Below the pieces are notes generated by a model, which did no database searches, was not told the origin of the DNA, and was given only the letters and a program-made list of their open reading frames with translations. Shown here in pieces: positions 17,554 to 25,748 of a stretch of 34,433 nucleotides of DNA. The DNA comes from Alphaproteobacteria bacterium. GTDB lineage: Bacteria; Pseudomonadota; Alphaproteobacteria; CAAHEQ01; UBA3637. The DNA is taken from positions 1-34,433 of the forward strand of contig JAZLCF010000080.1 of the NCBI GenBank assembly GCA_045614105.1, read 5' to 3'. The position numbers and the translations under genes were made by a program. Position 1 is the stretch's first letter. Each line of letters opens with the position of its first letter.

Positions 17554-19521
17554 TTAATTTAAATTCAATTGATCCAAAAATCCAGTCCATCTTTCAACTT
17601 CTTCTATATCAATCAATCCTTGGAACATTCGCGCCAAAGCGTTTTCTCTTAATGTACGCCCATTCAAGTCATTAATCCAATAGTTTTGAGCCTTTTGTAC
17701 CTCTCCTTTTAAAATAAGATTCAAAAAGGTCGAGTCAGGCAAAATAAACTCAGCCACAGCGGTACGCCCACTGACCCCTCTAAAATTACATTCTGCACAA
17801 CCAAGACCTCTTAAATAGGCATACTCCAGTCCCACATCCCCAAAGGCACTACGCAACCGTTGAACAGCAGGATTGTCCAAATGTTCCTTAGCCGGAATAC
17901 GACAAACAGGACACAGTTTTCTGAATAAACGTTGAGCCAACATGCCACGCATAATCGTTGGATCCTGCAACTTAAAATCTTCAACGCCCATATCCTTTAA
18001 ACGGAGTAAAATCGCGCTGGCTGTATTCGCGTGCAAAGTTGTCCACACATTATGCCCAGACAAGGCGCCACGGAAAGCCAAATCCGCTGCCGACAAGGTT
18101 CGAATTTCTCCGATCATCAACGAATCGGGGTCTGAACGCAAAGCTGCTGACAGGGCTTTGGTAAATTCCCTATCCTTTGCCTCTTCAATCCCTGCATTCG
18201 TCACAGGCATTTGCCGCGCCCCTGGAATCGGATATTCTGGCGGATCTTCCACGGTAATCAGGTTGGTCTCATAATTACGTTCTTTCAACATCGCAATCAT
18301 ATTGCGCTGTAAGGTCGTAGATTTCCCCGAACCCGTTGGCCCTGACACAATAATAATCCCAGTTGGAATTGCCCTTAATTGATAAAAAAGATCCGTATCC
18401 CTTTTGGAAAAACCAAGCTCTAACAATGCCGCTTCTGGATTAGAAGTTGATTCATCAGCATATAATAAACGCATCACCACATAACGTGTACCAAAGGCAA
18501 TCGGGTTAAATTGCAAACGAATACCCAAGATATTTTTTGGCAAAACCAAACGACCACCAGATCCACGCAATGGGGTACGCCCTAATTTTTGTGCCGCCTG
18601 ATACTCATTTTGAGCATAGTTTGAATCTGAAATATCCGATGACGCAAATGCTGCACGCACAAAACTTTCGCCCCATTCGCGATTATATTCCATTTCTGTT
18701 TGCATCAAACCATTCACACGAAACATAACGGTTGTATGATCCGCCACAACGATATGAATATCTGACACCTGATTCATTGCCGCCCGAGAAACAACTGTCA
18801 CAAAATCGCGCTGCATACGCGTTTGCTCTTGATTTTCCTCATCTGTAAAAGTTTGATCTGCCGCATGTAATTGGGAGGCATAATCATAAATATCTTTTAA
18901 AAGTTCTTTGGATACATATTCAGGTTGGCCTAATTGCAAACGCCGTTTTTTGGCCAAATATTCAAAACCCAACACACGCCCATCATATTTAGCATCTTCC
19001 ACAACAAAAAAACGACCATTGGAAAATAACGCCAATAATTCGCGCGTTTGATCACTGGCAGGAAATGCCCCAGAAGGCAAAGTTATACACTCATTACCAT
19101 TTGAATATAATTCTTTCAGCAAAGCCTTTCTAGAACGGTGTTCATCATCTTCCTCTTCTTCGGGAACTTGATTATTTGAAGAAGGCGTCTCTTGATGAGG
19201 CTCAGACGCCGGAATTTCTGACTTTTGCTCTGGCTGAGGCTGTTGCTCGGAAACAACCGACTCCTGCACAGGAACATCTGGAGCTCCTTCTTGATCTTGA
19301 TCCGTTACTTGTGCACCTTGTTTTGCAGGATAATCTTTTAAACTGGTCAAAACCTCGGATAAAGGAACCTGGGGACTTAAAATCTGATCCGCTGTGGCCA
19401 TATTATCAGGGGCAGAAGTTTCAGAATCTTCAACCAAATCCAAAGATTGGAAATCTTGATCCTTTGTATCTTCTGCCTCTTGTTCTTTTGGTGGCTCAAC
19501 AGGCTTCTCAGTAGTTTCCAT
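17554..19521 (-). CDS. Type IV pilus/T2SS assembly ATPase (GspE/PilB family; R64 PilQ-like) with acidic N-terminal extension
   Basis: 655 aa. Walker A GPTGSGKSTT, Walker B DSLMIGEIR, His box GHNVWTTLHAN, tetra-Cys motif CPVCRIP..GCAECNFRG. The first ~130 aa are E/D/Q/P-rich low complexity. Confidence 0.9.
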   Translation of the reverse strand: METTEKPVEPPKEQEAEDTKDQDFQSLDLVEDSETSAPDNMATADQILSPQVPLSEVLTSLKDYPAKQGAQVTDQDQEGAPDVPVQESVVSEQQPQPEQKSEIPASEPHQETPSSNNQVPEEEEDDEHRSRKALLKELYSNGNECITLPSGAFPASDQTRELLALFSNGRFFVVEDAKYDGRVLGFEYLAKKRRLQLGQPEYVSKELLKDIYDYASQLHAADQTFTDEENQEQTRMQRDFVTVVSRAAMNQVSDIHIVVADHTTVMFRVNGLMQTEMEYNREWGESFVRAAFASSDISDSNYAQNEYQAAQKLGRTPLRGSGGRLVLPKNILGIRLQFNPIAFGTRYVVMRLLYADESTSNPEAALLELGFSKRDTDLFYQLRAIPTGIIIVSGPTGSGKSTTLQRNMIAMLKERNYETNLITVEDPPEYPIPGARQMPVTNAGIEEAKDREFTKALSAALRSDPDSLMIGEIRTLSAADLAFRGALSGHNVWTTLHANTASAILLRLKDMGVEDFKLQDPTIMRGMLAQRLFRKLCPVCRIPAKEHLDNPAVQRLRSAFGDVGLEYAYLRGLGCAECNFRGVSGRTAVAEFILPDSTFLNLILKGEVQKAQNYWINDLNGRTLRENALARMFQGLIDIEEVERWTGFLDQLNLN

Positions 19522-19538
19522 ACATTCCTTCTTACAGA

Positions 19539-20384
19539 TTAAACATCATCAAAAATCAAAGCAATTTTCTGACCATCTTTATTCAAAATAACCTGTGTTG
19601 CAGAAATAGACTCTACACGACTTCCATCCGTCAACTCATCTCCAATCTGAACACTTGAAACACGGCCAGAATCAACACTTTTCAGGCGAGCATTGAGCAT
19701 ACCTCGTGTACCAGTTATATCTACAATTTCATAGTTCTTAACCACTTTATCGCTGGCAGCAGCATCCGCCTCAGATGCGCCTTCATCGGTATTCTCTGGC
19801 TCAATCACTGTGGCAGAAGTCCCTTGGCCAGCCTTAGCAGCCTCCAAAGCAGCCCGTTGTTTTTCCAAATCTTGGCGCACCTTTTCCTGTTCTTGCCACC
19901 ACTGAATACGGGTCCGAACCACATCTTCGCGCTTGGCAATTTCATCCAACCGATCTTGGCGGTATCTTGCCCGCAATTTTTCCAAATCATTTTTCATCGT
20001 TTCCTTTTGGATTTGCAACTTCAAAAAGGTATTATCACGCTCCAACTCAGCCATCTCCTTAAAGACTTCTGGCGTCAACATACCAATCAACCTTTCGCTA
20101 GGCATATCCTTGGCAGAAACAGAAGCCGCCAAAGGCAAAGGCCCATTGATATCTGTTTCATAAATTCCAGGCAATGGTGCCAATTCCAACGAATCTAGCG
20201 AGGTTCGCGCAGGGAAATCCACCGCTTGCTTATCCGACAAATCAGGCGTATTATCCATCTCCTGTCCAACAGCCATAGACTCCTCTTCTGGCAACAGGAA
20301 ATCCTCAGCCTCCTGTGCCTGAACGGCAACGGCCATCAACAGCCCACCTAAACACACAATTTGGTATAAAAATTTATTTTGCAT
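19539..20384 (-). CDS. PilP-family type IVb pilus biogenesis protein with long coiled-coil insert
   Basis: Start at ATG 20384 (GGGAGG RBS); signal peptide MQNKFLYQIVCLGGLLMAVAVQAQ. The C-terminal ..ARLKSVDSGRVSSVQIGDELTDGSRVESISATQVILNKDGQKIALIF resembles the PilP beta-domain. Central ELERDN..EAAKAG is coiled coil. Confidence 0.7.
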   Translation of the reverse strand: MQNKFLYQIVCLGGLLMAVAVQAQEAEDFLLPEEESMAVGQEMDNTPDLSDKQAVDFPARTSLDSLELAPLPGIYETDINGPLPLAASVSAKDMPSERLIGMLTPEVFKEMAELERDNTFLKLQIQKETMKNDLEKLRARYRQDRLDEIAKREDVVRTRIQWWQEQEKVRQDLEKQRAALEAAKAGQGTSATVIEPENTDEGASEADAAASDKVVKNYEIVDITGTRGMLNARLKSVDSGRVSSVQIGDELTDGSRVESISATQVILNKDGQKIALIFDDV

Positions 20385-21693
20385 AAATCCTCCCTTCATA
20401 TTTCCATTTTGTTGTTGTATCATTCGACGGATTATACTCTATTTTAGAGAGCTCAAATCCCGAAAATTTTTCGAAAAACTTTATCCACTCCCACGGCGTG
20501 TAATCAGAGTTTGTGGAAAACGAAAAATAGGTATATGTTTTTTGACTTGCGGGACGAGATCCATCTGGATTGGTCGGTGGATCCAACATCGTTTGTTGTG
20601 AAAATTGGAAGCCTAAGCCCGTCATTTGTTGAATCTCAGTCAAATCCTCTTGTAATTCTTTAACAGACAATGTGGGCATAGAAGCAATTGTCGGCAAATC
20701 TTTGAAAGTAATAGAAGCAGAGGCCGTTGACGGATTATTTGTATCCACAGTCAACTCAGTGAATTGGTACTCCTTGACACCAAAACGCAACCATGACAAC
20801 AAACCTTCCCGACCACTTTTTGTCCAATTCGTTTTGATTCCTTCCGAATTACAAGTAATCAACCCCAATCTCCAACCAGGAAATGACACCGATTTAATCT
20901 GATAAATATCATTCCAACAAGCGCGAATCAAAGCATTAACCTCTGTCAATTGTTCCCATGGCTTTGGCTTTTCTGGCTCTGGCGCAACAGGCTGAATAAC
21001 CTGAGGCGTTTGAACGGGCTGAATAACCTGCTTTGGCGTCAAATTCTTCCACAATCCTACCAAGGCATACACTAATGCAATCAAGGCAATGACAATAATG
21101 GCAGCAATAAAAATTAAGAAATAGGTTTTTCTGGCGGCATTGATATCCTGCAAACGCACCTTCATACCCTTGCGCGTCAAACTGGACAAAGAATCTTGCT
21201 GAGTTCCCTCCATGCCCCATTCTTCTGGCACAATCTTGACATCCCAATCTGGCACAGCCATCATAGAGGCATAGGCACGTCTGGCGTCCTCTTCTGTCTC
21301 AAACAAAACGTCCTCTTCTGCCAAAATCAAATTATTGCGGGCCGCAACAAACCACCAACCCTCTTTTACCTTGAAAACAGCACAAAAAGATTCATGTGCC
21401 GCCAAAGCTTCAGCCACAGATGCAGCCAAAGAAGGCATCCCATTACGATGACCCATAGAACTGTGCCCAATACCATACTGAGCGACACTTGTTTGTCGAT
21501 AACAATATAAATCAGCACCTGGCTCGCTGGCAACAGTTTCTTTAATTTCCGTTAAAGGATCATCCAAATTTTGAACAGGTTGCCACGTCAATCCAACGGC
21601 ATAACTTTGCCCATCAACGCCCACAACCCCACGTCTAATCGGTGGGGATTGTGTTTCATTGGATGTTGGAACCGTGTTCTCGTTGTCTGCCAT
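20374..21693 (-). CDS. PilO-family (PAP_PilO / PilO2-like) type IVb pilus accessory protein
   Basis: 439 aa. N-terminal cytoplasmic domain with ..GQSYAVGLTWQP.., a single central TM (TYFLIFIAAIIVIALIALVYALVGLW) and a periplasmic C-terminal domain. Position between the secretin and PilP as in R64. Confidence 0.65.
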   Translation of the reverse strand: MADNENTVPTSNETQSPPIRRGVVGVDGQSYAVGLTWQPVQNLDDPLTEIKETVASEPGADLYCYRQTSVAQYGIGHSSMGHRNGMPSLAASVAEALAAHESFCAVFKVKEGWWFVAARNNLILAEEDVLFETEEDARRAYASMMAVPDWDVKIVPEEWGMEGTQQDSLSSLTRKGMKVRLQDINAARKTYFLIFIAAIIVIALIALVYALVGLWKNLTPKQVIQPVQTPQVIQPVAPEPEKPKPWEQLTEVNALIRACWNDIYQIKSVSFPGWRLGLITCNSEGIKTNWTKSGREGLLSWLRFGVKEYQFTELTVDTNNPSTASASITFKDLPTIASMPTLSVKELQEDLTEIQQMTGLGFQFSQQTMLDPPTNPDGSRPASQKTYTYFSFSTNSDYTPWEWIKFFEKFSGFELSKIEYNPSNDTTTKWKYEGRIYAK

Positions 21694-21702
21694 ATTAAAC
21701 CT

Positions 21703-23328
21703 CTATTGTGAATTCATCAATGCCTCGGGGGACAAGGGGGATTGCAAAATCTCAGGTGTAATCAACACAACCAATACTTCGCGCGTATTCTCATTTTTAG
21801 ACTGACCACCCAATAAACCCATTTTTGCCTTTCCAATACCCGATGTTTGAGTTCTATCTGTCACTCTTTCAAATCCAGTTAAAACAAGCGTAGAACCAGA
21901 TTGCATAGCAACCTCTTGCATAAAGCCTCGCGCAGCCATCGTTGGTAACTGAAGTGTTGTCTTCTCTGTTTCCGCATCCGAATCTTCCTCCGAATCATCA
22001 CCCGAACTGGAAGCTCCACCATATGCAACCGTTTTCAGTTCTAACAAATCCGTTATACTCATTGAAAACATAAGAATTAAACGTCCATGATCCAGTATAC
22101 GAGGCAATACATCCACTGTAAAACCATATGTTAAAGTATCTGTCTGTACGTCCGTATCTGTTGTTCTATCCTCACCCGAACCCGAAGATGTAACACTTAT
22201 CTCTTTAATATAGTTCTGACTGGTTGTCACTTGAACAGGCGCAACCTTGTTATTCATTGTCGTCACACTTGCGCTCGTGATACTTCTTGTTTTTCCTTGA
22301 GATGAAAGCGCTTGGATAATAGCATTGGAACCATTAAATTTGCTACTTTTTTTAATAACCGCCATCGCTAATTGACCAACTCCTGCAGATGGCGTTGCAG
22401 CAACACTACTCGCACCAAATCCAGTTGGAGATAAAAATGAAGCCAAAAGGTTTTTACTACCAAAAACAACTCCAAGGTCTAATCCATAGTCATCACTATT
22501 CGTCAGACTGACGCCCAACACACGAACAGTTACAGCCACTTGACGCGACAATCTATCATTCCAAGAAGCCACATATCTGGCCACTTTTTGAATGACAAAG
22601 GGACTAGCGGTCACTGTAATAGTTCCCGTCACACGACTGAAAGATAATTGACCATTATCGCCAACAACTTGCTTCACACCTTCTTCAATGTTCTCCCATA
22701 AGCCCAAATTAGCCGAGGTAGATAAGCTAGAACTCGCACTTCCACTACCCTCTCCCATCGTGGAACCAGACATGCTGGCACTCATACTGGTTTCTGTTGG
22801 CAAGGCATAGATTGTAAAGATACGTGTTTCGTTGGCAAAAAAGCTGATTTCCTTATTACGATATTGCCAATAAACACCATAGCGATTGGACAGATAGTTC
22901 AAGAGGCCACTCAATTTACCCGAATAACGCACGGTAATGGCGTCCTCTGGCACAGCCTCATCCAGCTTCAAATCATCCAAGCGGACGGGAATGTTCGTCA
23001 AATCCGAAATTTGCTGAGCCAAATCAGGCAAAGTTGCATCCTCGGCAATGGAAATCGTGATACCATCTTCCTTTTCCAACCAAGCAGGCAGTGTTTCACC
23101 CTCCATAATCTTGATACTTTCATTACCCAACCAAATATCATTATGCATCCGAACTGTGTCGTTTTCTTCCGGCATCATAGGAATTTGAGCCTGTTGGTTG
23201 TATTCTTCAATCCGCTCCAACGTTGTTTCAATTTTTTTATCCGTTTGAGCCACATATTTATTGCATGCCGACATCAAAACACACCCTGCCAGCAAAGCCA
23301 TTAAAGAAAAGCTATATTTTTTACGCAT
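21703..23328 (-). CDS. Type IVb pilus secretin lipoprotein (R64 PilN / BfpB / TcpC-like)
   Basis: Lipobox MRKKYSFSLMALLAG-C. C-terminal secretin signature GSTLVLTGF..TSGIGKAKMGLLGG..REVLVVLITPEIL. ATG 23328 has AGGAGG 6 nt upstream (the ORF-track start at 23334 abuts the RBS). Confidence 0.85.
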   Translation of the reverse strand: MRKKYSFSLMALLAGCVLMSACNKYVAQTDKKIETTLERIEEYNQQAQIPMMPEENDTVRMHNDIWLGNESIKIMEGETLPAWLEKEDGITISIAEDATLPDLAQQISDLTNIPVRLDDLKLDEAVPEDAITVRYSGKLSGLLNYLSNRYGVYWQYRNKEISFFANETRIFTIYALPTETSMSASMSGSTMGEGSGSASSSLSTSANLGLWENIEEGVKQVVGDNGQLSFSRVTGTITVTASPFVIQKVARYVASWNDRLSRQVAVTVRVLGVSLTNSDDYGLDLGVVFGSKNLLASFLSPTGFGASSVAATPSAGVGQLAMAVIKKSSKFNGSNAIIQALSSQGKTRSITSASVTTMNNKVAPVQVTTSQNYIKEISVTSSGSGEDRTTDTDVQTDTLTYGFTVDVLPRILDHGRLILMFSMSITDLLELKTVAYGGASSSGDDSEEDSDAETEKTTLQLPTMAARGFMQEVAMQSGSTLVLTGFERVTDRTQTSGIGKAKMGLLGGQSKNENTREVLVVLITPEILQSPLSPEALMNSQ

Positions 23329-24160
23329 TATCATCCTCCTGTGTATTGATAACTAGCACACGGTTGCCCTTATAGAACGTGCCAATTGGTGCGGGTACAG
23401 CACGCGCAAAGGTGCGAATAATTGCGCTTGCCACTTCGACAAAGTTTCCACGGAACACAACGCCCGCCTCCAAAATGTAATCTCTGTCCAGTTTCCAAAC
23501 AACCGTCCAGCCGGACTTTTGCCCCCATTCAATCAGCAACGAACGCAAACTGTCGCCATTGTTGGCCTCCCAATCGTGAGCCGCTTCGCCATAGGCCAAC
23601 TTACCCCCGCGTTGATGCGCCGAAATAGACGGCATTTCCACATAAGGTGGTGTCACAGTTGTTTCTTTTCTGCGCGATGTTTTCACAATCGCCCCATCAG
23701 CCAATTGCTCTTGAGTGACATCACGTTCCATAATGAAGCTGCCCGTCTGAGTCTTATAAACAGCATATTCCGAGCCCAATTCCTCGTCATCATCCATTGG
23801 TTGAGTCACCGCCAACGGGGCAGCGGTATCACGCACAACAACTTGTTGCTGAGGCAACTCATAGCCCATACCAGGAACCACAAAATCTTGCCCAACCGTG
23901 GCTTGAATCGGCACATTTGGATTCATTGGATCAATATTGCCAGGATAAGCCGTGGGCACATAAGCACCTTGAGGATTGACTTGATAGTTCGCCCCACCAA
24001 GACCAGCGGATTGCTGAGCATACAAAGCAGCGCATTGCTCATTATTTGCATTCGGCCCTGTGCAATTGATAAAAATATCTTCAGCACGCACCTGTTCCGC
24101 CATCATCAGCGAAAAAGCAGCCACCAGTTGAATACCTAAATATAAATTTTGTTTCCCCAT
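23321..24160 (-). CDS. TcpQ-domain protein (PilL/TcpQ-like secretin-associated periplasmic protein)
   Basis: 279 aa. Signal peptide. C-terminal SLRSLLIEWGQKSGWTVVWKLDRDYILEAGVVFRGNFVEVASAIIRTF matches the TcpQ/PilL C-terminal domain pattern. Overlaps the secretin start by 8 nt. Confidence 0.7.
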   Translation of the reverse strand: MGKQNLYLGIQLVAAFSLMMAEQVRAEDIFINCTGPNANNEQCAALYAQQSAGLGGANYQVNPQGAYVPTAYPGNIDPMNPNVPIQATVGQDFVVPGMGYELPQQQVVVRDTAAPLAVTQPMDDDEELGSEYAVYKTQTGSFIMERDVTQEQLADGAIVKTSRRKETTVTPPYVEMPSISAHQRGGKLAYGEAAHDWEANNGDSLRSLLIEWGQKSGWTVVWKLDRDYILEAGVVFRGNFVEVASAIIRTFARAVPAPIGTFYKGNRVLVINTQEDDNA

Positions 24161-24216
24161 TTTTAACTCCTTTTTTTTAAACCTAACATAATTTTTAAGA
24201 ACTTACAACACTTTTT

Positions 24217-25056
24217 TTACCATATCAAACTTTTTTGATCTTTAATCACTCGTTTTGTCTCCATCGGCACTACAACTTGCGTCTGATTTGGATCTGTTTC
24301 TGCGCTTAGAATCATACTATTTACATCACGATTTGATTGATAAACACGTATTTGTTTTGCCGACAATCCTTTTTCAATAGCCAACCGCATAATCAGCCCC
24401 AAACGCGCCCGTTGCAGTGGCCAATTTTGGTTGCTGATCCGAATATTGAAAACTAAACGAGGATCTTTTTGAACATACAAAGAATACGCCTTTATCCATT
24501 TAACCACGGATTCAGATAAATGCGTTGAATTTTCATCAAAAATCAGACGCATTTCTTTGGGCACTTGAAACATTGCCTTTCCCTTCCCAATCGTTTCTTG
24601 AGCCAAAAACTTGGAGGCATAGGCTGACTTATATTGTGATTTTGTGGGCGGATCTGGGTTCGGCTCTGACACAGGCGGAATCGGATCTAGTGGCGTCAAC
24701 AAGGGCCCATTTGAGCTGGTCTGAATTTTGGGCGTAGGATAAAACATTTGACGCTTTCTAGTCCCAGTTGTCGCCTGTGGGGCTGGTGCTGTCACGTTTT
24801 TGTTCTCACCAAAAATTTCGTTTAAAATGTCCACATCCGAGGGAATAGATTGCGGCGCCCCTGAATCGGCAGGCTTTATCACCACTTGTTGAGACACAAC
24901 AGGTGCGGTTGGCGCATCAAAATATGAAGGCAACAAGAAATCATCCCCAGAACCATTAAAAACAGAAATATCCACATTCTGCGCCAACGCCGTCTGGGAG
25001 GTGATAACACATATCCCTATACACACTTTTTTAAGTATTTCCTTGCAATGACGCAT
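24217..25056 (-). CDS. Secreted proline-rich protein, first gene of the pilus-like operon; possible degenerate OmpA/MotB-like C-terminus
   Basis: 279 aa. Signal peptide ..VITSQTALAQ|N and a P-rich linker (PLDPIPPVSEPNPDPP). The C-terminal NQNWPLQRARLGLIMRLAIEKGLSAKQIRVYQSN loosely follows N-x2-L-S-x2-RA..G...I. Confidence 0.6.
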   Translation of the reverse strand: MRHCKEILKKVCIGICVITSQTALAQNVDISVFNGSGDDFLLPSYFDAPTAPVVSQQVVIKPADSGAPQSIPSDVDILNEIFGENKNVTAPAPQATTGTRKRQMFYPTPKIQTSSNGPLLTPLDPIPPVSEPNPDPPTKSQYKSAYASKFLAQETIGKGKAMFQVPKEMRLIFDENSTHLSESVVKWIKAYSLYVQKDPRLVFNIRISNQNWPLQRARLGLIMRLAIEKGLSAKQIRVYQSNRDVNSMILSAETDPNQTQVVVPMETKRVIKDQKSLIW

Positions 25057-25102
25057 CCGCGCCCCCTTTCAAACGATTGAATACATCATAAAATTTAAAA
25101 AG

Positions 25103-25117
25103 TTAATTTTTGATTAA
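25103..25117. promoter_or_regulatory. CtrA-type full binding motif TTAA-N7-TTAA
   Basis: TTAA (25103-25106) TTTTTGA TTAA (25114-25117), 47-61 nt upstream of the operon ATG at 25056. It is the only perfect TTAA-N7-TTAA I found in the intergenic regions of this window. Confidence 0.35.
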
Positions 25118-25164
25118 GAGAAATAAAAAAAATGCATCTTTTTGCAAAAAAAATAAAAAAGTGT

Positions 25165-25192
25165 TTGAATTTCGTTTAAAAAGGTGTATGAT
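25165..25192 (+). promoter_or_regulatory. Putative sigma70 promoter TTGAAT-N16-TATGAT
   Basis: TTGAAT at 25165-25170, 16-nt spacer, TATGAT at 25187-25192, upstream of the VirB2-like gene. Confidence 0.35.
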
Positions 25193-25249
25193 TAACTCAA
25201 GGTTGATGCAATTTCAATCTGTGTTTAATAAAAACAAGAAGGAGAACGA

Positions 25250-25588
25250 ATGAACAAAACATTAAAGATTATGCTTTCAGTGGCAATTGTTGCCCTTGTG
25301 TGTATGGCTTGTTCCGCTTATGCTGAAGGTTTTATACAAACTGCAGCCGATAAGTTAGGTGCATTATTTAAGGACGTGCGTAAAATCGTCTATATTCTGG
25401 GGGCTTTTGCCTTGGTTGGTTTTGCTTGGTTGGCCGTGATGGGACAATTGGCCTGGAAGAAAGTGGCCATTTTGGCCATCGGTTTGGCCGTATTAGCCAT
25501 TGCAGATCAAGTAATTAAATATGCTACAGATGCAACTGAGAAACCAGAAACCACGGTGACTTGGGATCCAGAAAATCTGAAAGGTTGA
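25250..25588 (+). CDS. VirB2/TrbC-like pilin family membrane protein (orphan)
   Basis: 112 aa. Long Sec signal ending AYA|E, then two hydrophobic helices (IVYILGAFALVGFAWLAVMG / VAILAIGLAVLAIADQVI) separated by the short basic loop QLAWKK. This is the T4SS pilin topology and size. AGGAG RBS and its own terminator. Confidence 0.5.
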   Translation: MNKTLKIMLSVAIVALVCMACSAYAEGFIQTAADKLGALFKDVRKIVYILGAFALVGFAWLAVMGQLAWKKVAILAIGLAVLAIADQVIKYATDATEKPETTVTWDPENLKG

Positions 25589-25604
25589 TACGCCTTAAGA
25601 GAGC

Positions 25605-25633
25605 AGCCCTGCCTTTGGCGGGGCTTTTTTTTT
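25605..25633 (+). terminator. Rho-independent terminator
   Basis: 9-bp GC-rich stem AGCCCTGCC / GGCGGGGCT with a TTT loop (25605-25625), followed by a T9 run. Confidence 0.8.
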
Positions 25634-25748
25634 ACAGCAACTCACAATCCATATATGTCCATTGTGCACAAAGTATCTTGAAAGATACCCTTACTGACCT
25701 TTGTCAAAAAATTTGCTTTGGCCCCAAAAGTTTAATAAAGAAAACAGC

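Noticed and set aside
23519-24139. 206-aa + strand ORF, and similar antisense ORFs (e.g. 22864..23304, 8269..8646, 14578..14937, 11409..11729, 11948..12328, 2425..2829, 19176..19514)
   Set aside because: These are shadow ORFs fully embedded antisense or out of frame in strongly supported genes. They have low-complexity or odd composition, no RBS and no recognisable domains.
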